DNA of 64,000 nucleotides from Deltaproteobacteria bacterium (GTDB lineage Bacteria; Myxococcota; Kuafuiibacteriia; Kuafuiibacteriales; Kuafuiibacteriaceae): NCBI GenBank assembly GCA_040218735.1, contig JAVJQW010000018.1, positions 64,001 to 128,000 of the forward strand, read 5' to 3'. Shown piece by piece: positions 58,694 to 64,000 of this stretch (position 1 is its first letter; each line of letters starts with the position of its first letter). The notes under the pieces were generated by a model. It saw only the letters and a program-made list of their open reading frames with translations, ran no database searches and was not told where the DNA came from. The position numbers and the translations under genes were made by a program.

Positions 58694-59731
58694 ATGACCG
58701 CCCTGAGCGCGATGAACGACGATAAGCGCCGCTCGCCCCGCGTGCCGATCGAGCTGTGGGTGATGGTGGAGGGCGTCGACGACTTCATGGTGAAGCGTCG
58801 GGGTGACCTCAGCTCCACCGGCGTGTCGTTCGAGGCGGACCGCAGGCTGGCCGAGGTCGGGTCGCTCGAATACCTCCACCTCGCGCTCGGCGATCGTTCC
58901 GAAGCGGTCACCGTCATGGGGCAGCTTGTTCGGGTCATGAGCATCGAGGACGAGGGCGTCGGTCGCGTCGCGCACGCGTTCGAGCTGTTCCCGCAGAACG
59001 AAGACATCCGCGCGCACCTCGACCGGTTCGTGGAGAGCGCGGGCGGTGTTCCGCTCCTGAAGACGATCGATCTCACCGACGACGTCCGACCCGCCGACGG
59101 TGCGGTCTTCCGCCTGAACATCGACAAGCTCGCGTTCGAGGCGACGTGGCCGGTGGCGGTGGGCACCAAGGTGCAAGTTGCGTTGACATCGCCGGACGGA
59201 CGCACCCGCATCCCGTTCGAGGGTCTCGTCACCGAGGTTCGACCCGACGGTGCGATGCACCACGTCGACGTGGCGGTTTCGGAGCCGGGCGTCCGGTCGG
59301 CGCCGGCGGTGTCGACGTTGACCAAGGCCAAGTCGATCACGGGGTCGATCGACCTGCTGTTCAGCGAGTGGATCGCGAGCCAAGATCTCTCCGCGTCGCC
59401 GCGTCAGCACCTCGTGGGGCAGCTCGACCGCGTGCCACTGAGCGGTTTGCTCACGTTGTTCGACATGGAGCGAATGTCGGGTGAGCTCGCGATCGGCCTC
59501 GATGCGCAGGACTACACGCTGTTCCTCGCGGAGGGGAAGCTGCTCGACATCGAACCCGCGCCGACCGAAGCCGAGATGCGCGAGGCGCTGCATCGGATCT
59601 CCAGCACGGTGTCGGGCACGTTCGAGTTTCGGGCGTGCGCCGTCGAGCGGGACGACCGCATCCAGCAGAGCACCACCGCGCTGCTCCTCGACCTCGCGCG
59701 CGAACGCGACGAGGGCGTCTGGTCAGACTGA
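58694..59731 (+). CDS. PilZ (one intact, one degenerate) + DUF4388 protein
   Basis: RRSPR and DLSSTG PilZ motifs; 'LVGQLDRVPLSGLLTLFDMERMSGEL...GTFEF...ALLLDLARERDE'; alternative start at 58712. Confidence 0.82.
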   Translation: MTALSAMNDDKRRSPRVPIELWVMVEGVDDFMVKRRGDLSSTGVSFEADRRLAEVGSLEYLHLALGDRSEAVTVMGQLVRVMSIEDEGVGRVAHAFELFPQNEDIRAHLDRFVESAGGVPLLKTIDLTDDVRPADGAVFRLNIDKLAFEATWPVAVGTKVQVALTSPDGRTRIPFEGLVTEVRPDGAMHHVDVAVSEPGVRSAPAVSTLTKAKSITGSIDLLFSEWIASQDLSASPRQHLVGQLDRVPLSGLLTLFDMERMSGELAIGLDAQDYTLFLAEGKLLDIEPAPTEAEMREALHRISSTVSGTFEFRACAVERDDRIQQSTTALLLDLARERDEGVWSD

Positions 59732-60016
59732 TCAGACCTTCCAGCGCGGGTCGTTCAAATCCACGAAACCGCCGGACGACTGGCGCTGCTCGAGTGCGCG
59801 CATCGCGGCGTCGGTGGCGTCCGTTCCGCGCACTCGGCCCGTCATGCGCGCGACCTCGCCGCCGTCTTGTCCGGGGAGGATGAGGCCACCGCCGTCCTTG
59901 GGTTGGATGAGTTGGGGTGGCGTGAGTCGTTTGTCCCGCTCCGGGAGCTGCAACCCATCGGGGCGGATGAGTTGGGGGCCCTTCGGGACGATGAGTTTCT
60001 GCGACATTCGACTCAC
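59732..60016 (-). CDS. Small disordered protein with LIxP repeats
   Basis: GTGA overlap with the upstream vWA gene; KLIVP, QLIRP, QLIQP, GLILP. Confidence 0.6.
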   Translation of the reverse strand: MSRMSQKLIVPKGPQLIRPDGLQLPERDKRLTPPQLIQPKDGGGLILPGQDGGEVARMTGRVRGTDATDAAMRALEQRQSSGGFVDLNDPRWKV

Positions 60017-60972
60017 TCCAGCTCGAGGGCCGCCGTCGTCCCTGCGCCGATCGACTCGACGAGCCCGTGGTTCTCGGGGACCTCGACGGTGTTCTTGAAC
60101 ATGTTCCGCTTCACCTGTGCGGCCTCCTGACCCACCGCCAGGCCGGCCGGGGTGATCTGCGCGCGGCGCGCGGCGGACTCGAGCGGACGGAGGCTCGTCT
60201 TGGGTTTCTCCGATTTCGCGAGCATCAACGCCATGGGGCCGGAGCCGACCGACGTCTTCATCATCTTCGTCGCGAGCTCCATCATTCCTGCGTCCGCGGG
60301 TTCACCCGCGACGTTGCGGAACTTGTCCTCGATCGACCACTTGGCGAGCTTCTCGTCGAGCCACGCACGGTCGGTGATGTCGGGGCGCTCCTTGCGATCC
60401 TTGAACTTCCCGAAGGTCTCGATGACCGACGCTCGATCGGCGAGGCCGTCGGGCGGCGTCACCTCGCGGAGAGGGATGAGGTCGTCGTCATACGCGATCA
60501 GGCCGTAGGAGGCGCCGAGCGAAGTTGCGACTTCTTGGGCGACGGTCATCGCGTCCTTGAGGAGATCGATCTCGCGGTTTTCCTTGAGGAAGGCGGTGGG
60601 TTTGTACTGACAGCCCTCGCGCCCGCAGAACGCACACACCTCGCCGGCCTCGCCGCTGATGTCGAACGAGTAGATGATTCTGAAATCCGACGGGTCGAGA
60701 CCTTCGCGCGTTGCGACGCCGCGCACCGCTGACGCTTGTTTGTCGATCAGCGGTTGCAGTCGCGCGACGCGTTCGGGGTAGGTCTCTTTCTTCGCCGCGG
60801 TCGCACCGATCACCTGCGCGATGCGAACTCGATCGGGTCCTTCGCGAACGACGTTGCCTTCGACTTCGCGAACCGGTTCGCGCTCGAGGCTGACCTCGCG
60901 CTGCCGCTCCGCTGCGGGCGCCGCTGCAGGCTGGCTTGCAGAGGGGAAGAAGCCGGTACCACTGCTCTTCAT
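60013..60972 (-). CDS. vWA-like protein with degenerate MIDAS and CxxC-x4-C insert
   Basis: 'IIYSFDISGE', 'YGLIAYDD', 'GEPAD..MELA', 'ALMLAKS', 'ITPAGLAVG' follow the vWA beta/alpha order. Confidence 0.6.
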   Translation of the reverse strand: MKSSGTGFFPSASQPAAAPAAERQREVSLEREPVREVEGNVVREGPDRVRIAQVIGATAAKKETYPERVARLQPLIDKQASAVRGVATREGLDPSDFRIIYSFDISGEAGEVCAFCGREGCQYKPTAFLKENREIDLLKDAMTVAQEVATSLGASYGLIAYDDDLIPLREVTPPDGLADRASVIETFGKFKDRKERPDITDRAWLDEKLAKWSIEDKFRNVAGEPADAGMMELATKMMKTSVGSGPMALMLAKSEKPKTSLRPLESAARRAQITPAGLAVGQEAAQVKRNMFKNTVEVPENHGLVESIGAGTTAALELE

Positions 60973-61099
60973 GTTCGGCTTATCGGAAGGGCCCTTCGGT
61001 CGGTGTGTAAGTTTTTGGGAGCATATGTCTCAGGAATTGTCATGATTCGGGACAACTTCCCACGAAACACTACAATCGAGACGGCGATACAGAGGACGT

Positions 61100-63493
61100 A
61101 TGCGGATGTACGCTCCTCGGGTACAGAAGGACCCCACGACTCTCTTCACCGCTCCCGACCAGGCGCGCATTGCAAGCCAGGTTGCAGCGGAGCACGGGAC
61201 GCTCAACGCGGAGACGCTCGCGCAGTGGGCCGCGAACCACCGCGGCGGCGCGGACTCCTCGGTGCTCGAGAACATGTTCTCCGTGCTGCAGACGGGGGCA
61301 GCGCCCGCACCGCAGCGCGGTGAGCTCGGCGCCCGCACGAAGAACTCGCGCCTCGCGGAGAAGACGGAGGCGATCGAGACCGAGTTCAAGTCGGCGTTCG
61401 GTCAGTTCGTCATCGGCCAGAAGCACGCGGTCGGTCGCCTCGCGCAGAAGATGGCGGCGCGTCGGCTGCGCGAATCGGACGACCCCACGCCGATGAACAT
61501 GGCGCTCCCGGGACCTCCCGGCGTCGGCAAGACCGAGTCGATCAAGGCGATGGCGCACGCCATCCACGGCGACGCGAACATGTTCATCGAGATCAACTGC
61601 TCGACGTTCCAGAAGCCGGAGGACCTCGCGAAGCTGATCGGTGCGCCTCCCGGCTACGTCGGCTCGGGTCAGACGGCCGACTCCTCGCCGATGTCGATGA
61701 AGAACATCCAGGCGAAGTTCGGCGACAAGCGGCCCATCCTCATCCTCTGGGACGAGGTCGACAAGATCGGTGGCGGCAACACGAAGGTGCAGGAGGACTT
61801 CTTCAAGATCCTCGGCAACTTCATGCAGTCGGGGAAGTTCCAGTTCAACGACAACTGCCCGAACACCGAGGTCCCGGACGTCATCAACTTCTTCACGTCC
61901 AACTCGGGCATGGAGTCGGCCGCGGGCCTGAAGGGCAAGTCGCTGCGCGAGCACTACATCAAGTCGATGCGCACCGTCCTCCCGCAGCACATCCAGAGCC
62001 GTATCGCGTCGAACTTCATCGGGTTCGATCCGCTCACGACGACGGACCGGATGGACATCGCGCGGCTGAAGATCGGCAAGAAGCTGCGCGCCGCCGAGAA
62101 GCGGACGGCGGACGACCGCGGCTTCAGCATCAACCTCGACGTGAACGACGACGTGCTCCGTCTCTTCGCGGAGATCACGGGCAGCGACCTGTTCGGTGCG
62201 CGTCCGCTCGAAGACCTGATCCGTGACTACGTCGAGCCGCTGATTCCGGACGTCCGTCGTCGCGCCCAGGCCGGCGAGGTCTGGCACCTCGTGATGAAGA
62301 AGACCGACGTCGACAGCGAGGGGAACGAGCGCGAGATCAGCCGCGTCGAGATCAACAAGCTGAAGCGGGCGTTCCTCGACTCGCTCGAGACGGGCAGCGC
62401 GCCGGAGGGCGTCGACTTCTCGACCTTCCCGATCGAGTTCAAGTGCCTGAACCCGAAGCGCCGGCTGTTCCCGTACGACGGCGTCGTGCCGCGGACGCCG
62501 GGCGCGGAGATGTTCCCCCTAGGCGCGGGCGCCATCGGTGGCCAGCGCTTCTTCTTCACGAACCAGGGCGGGATCCACGACGGCAACCAGCTCTACATCA
62601 TGAAGCCGGGGCTCACCGAGATCGAAGACCGCTTCGACGCCGTGAAGATCCCGGACGAGCTCGCCAACGCGAACACCTACGCGCGCGGCGCGCAGATCGA
62701 CGACGACCACGCGATCTTCTACGCGGTCAACGCGCCGGAGAAGGGTGACGAGGCCGAGATCGCCACGTTCCTCGCGACGGCGAAGGGGCGCTCGATCGAC
62801 TTCGAGAAGGTGCCCTCACCGGGGTCCGCGGTGGACTGGCCGGAGCTCGCGCTCGTCGGACCGGCGCTGGTCGGCGCCGAGGGCAAGGCGCTGCTCTGGG
62901 GCGGTCGCCGCATGGAGAAGCTCTCCGACGGCGACTGGAGTGTCTCTCCGGATCCGGCGCGAATGATCGGCGAGCCGATCGAAAACGGCGCCTACCTCTT
63001 CGACGTCAAGGCGAAGACGTGGACGCACATCGAAGACGCGCCGGCCAGCGGGCGCATCGGGGCCGCGGTGACCGTCCACGACGGCAAGGCGTTCCTGATC
63101 GGCGGCGAGGAGATCAAGCGCGACGACCACCAGCGGGTCGACACTTCGCAGTCCTCGACCGCGGTCGACATCTTCGACTTCGACACCCAGACGTTCACGA
63201 AGGGCACGCCGCTGCCCAACGCAGTCCAGTGGGCCTCCGCGTTCGCGGAGCCGAGCGGACAGGTGTCGGTGGTCGGCGGCCTGCAGCTCTCCGAGGGCGG
63301 TCGGGTTCCGAACTTCACGAAGGTGATGCGGATGCTCGGCGCCAACGGCGAGTGGCTCGAGGAGCCGATCGAGAAGCTCGGCGTGAACGTCGCGATCATC
63401 CCGCACGTGGACGGCGACCAGATCGTCGGCCCGTTCGGCGAAGACGGTGAGTTCCTCATCCGTCGCCCGGCGCGAGAGGACGAGGAGCTGTAA
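61100..63493 (+). CDS. Stand-alone ClpB-D2-like AAA+ ATPase fused to a Kelch-like beta-propeller
   Basis: 'VIGQKHAV', GPPGVGKTE, 'LIGAPPGYVG', 'ILWDEVDK', 'FTSN', 'FGARPL'; Kelch blades 'LLWGG..YLFD..W', 'FLIGG..DIFD', 'VVGG'. Confidence 0.82.
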   Translation: MRMYAPRVQKDPTTLFTAPDQARIASQVAAEHGTLNAETLAQWAANHRGGADSSVLENMFSVLQTGAAPAPQRGELGARTKNSRLAEKTEAIETEFKSAFGQFVIGQKHAVGRLAQKMAARRLRESDDPTPMNMALPGPPGVGKTESIKAMAHAIHGDANMFIEINCSTFQKPEDLAKLIGAPPGYVGSGQTADSSPMSMKNIQAKFGDKRPILILWDEVDKIGGGNTKVQEDFFKILGNFMQSGKFQFNDNCPNTEVPDVINFFTSNSGMESAAGLKGKSLREHYIKSMRTVLPQHIQSRIASNFIGFDPLTTTDRMDIARLKIGKKLRAAEKRTADDRGFSINLDVNDDVLRLFAEITGSDLFGARPLEDLIRDYVEPLIPDVRRRAQAGEVWHLVMKKTDVDSEGNEREISRVEINKLKRAFLDSLETGSAPEGVDFSTFPIEFKCLNPKRRLFPYDGVVPRTPGAEMFPLGAGAIGGQRFFFTNQGGIHDGNQLYIMKPGLTEIEDRFDAVKIPDELANANTYARGAQIDDDHAIFYAVNAPEKGDEAEIATFLATAKGRSIDFEKVPSPGSAVDWPELALVGPALVGAEGKALLWGGRRMEKLSDGDWSVSPDPARMIGEPIENGAYLFDVKAKTWTHIEDAPASGRIGAAVTVHDGKAFLIGGEEIKRDDHQRVDTSQSSTAVDIFDFDTQTFTKGTPLPNAVQWASAFAEPSGQVSVVGGLQLSEGGRVPNFTKVMRMLGANGEWLEEPIEKLGVNVAIIPHVDGDQIVGPFGEDGEFLIRRPAREDEEL

Positions 63494-63496
63494 GTC

Positions 63497-64000
63497 GTGC
63501 CACTCGCGCTGCCCAAGGTGACGGCCAACCCCGTCATCCCCATCGATGAGTTCCCGCTCGAGCGGCGGGACATCGAGTGGTTGACGAAGGAGCTCGGCGA
63601 GCGCCCGACGCTCGACGACGTCGATCGTTTCGCCAACAAGTTCACGCGCAAGGCGATCGACGACGACGAGCAGCGCCGTCGCCTCTCCGTGCTGACCGGC
63701 TTGCAGGAGTCCGTACGCGGCAACTTCGTCGTGCGCGGCGACAAGTCGATCAGCGCGGCGGGCAAGATGCGTCTGTCGGAGCTCCAGCTCCTGGCGCTGA
63801 CCGGCGCGCGCCCCGTGAACGGCGAGCTCGACAAGGCGGTCGAGGTGAAGGAGGGCATGGAGCCCTTCCTCATCGGGCAGCAGCACCTTCGGCAGAAGTT
63901 CGCCGACTTCTACGCGTCGACGCAGGCGCCCGGTCGGCGCACGGCGCCGGTGATGGTGCTGGCGGGGCCCGACGGGCACGGCAAGGCGCAGGCGATCGAA
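63497..64000 (+). CDS. Second ClpB-D2-like AAA+ protein (truncated by window end)
   Basis: GTG 3 nt after the previous stop; open for 168 codons; 'FLIGQQHL...VMVLAGPDGHGKAQ' with variant Walker A (GKA). Confidence 0.7.
   Translation, partial: MPLALPKVTANPVIPIDEFPLERRDIEWLTKELGERPTLDDVDRFANKFTRKAIDDDEQRRRLSVLTGLQESVRGNFVVRGDKSISAAGKMRLSELQLLALTGARPVNGELDKAVEVKEGMEPFLIGQQHLRQKFADFYASTQAPGRRTAPVMVLAGPDGHGKAQAIE

Noticed and set aside
61100-63493. Annotation as clpB, clpA or clpV (T6SS)
   Set aside because: Only one AAA+ module, no Clp N-domain or middle domain, a C-terminal propeller, and no T6SS genes in the window.

Overview
High-GC (roughly 70% by eye) bacterial DNA, most likely from a Myxococcota member, given the MYXO-CTERM protein, the DUF4388/PilZ signalling genes, the Hanks-type kinase, the caspase-like proteases and several sigma-54 promoters. 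About 52 real CDSs are densely packed; the many very long opposite-strand ORFs are antisense shadows. Recognisable core genes are mutH, fbp, plsY, a phosphosugar mutase, a fused dihydroxyacetone kinase, glnB and glnA. I saw no rRNA, tRNA, CRISPR array or transposase. Most interesting items: (1) a fully coupled operon of ECF sigma, membrane anti-sigma, a signal-peptide caspase with a C-terminal outer-membrane barrel, and a lipoprotein, where anti-sigma and caspase share an x-[TN]-K-G motif, suggesting trans-envelope proteolytic signalling; (2) a divergent locus at the right edge with a degenerate vWA protein, a short LIxP-repeat protein and two tandem stand-alone ClpB-D2-like AAA+ proteins, one fused to a Kelch propeller; (3) five of seven sigma-54 promoters sit 14-16 nt from a start codon, implying near-leaderless mRNAs; (4) a GAF enhancer-binding protein with an NtrC-like HTH whose operon with a metallo-beta-lactamase-fold hydrolase has two NtrC-type boxes and a sigma-54 promoter upstream; (5) an uncharacterised ACAD / cytoplasmic PhnD-like / TusA-ferritin operon; (6) a compositionally atypical ABC-ATPase-TOPRIM candidate defence gene. 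All family calls come from motif recognition by eye, with no database search.
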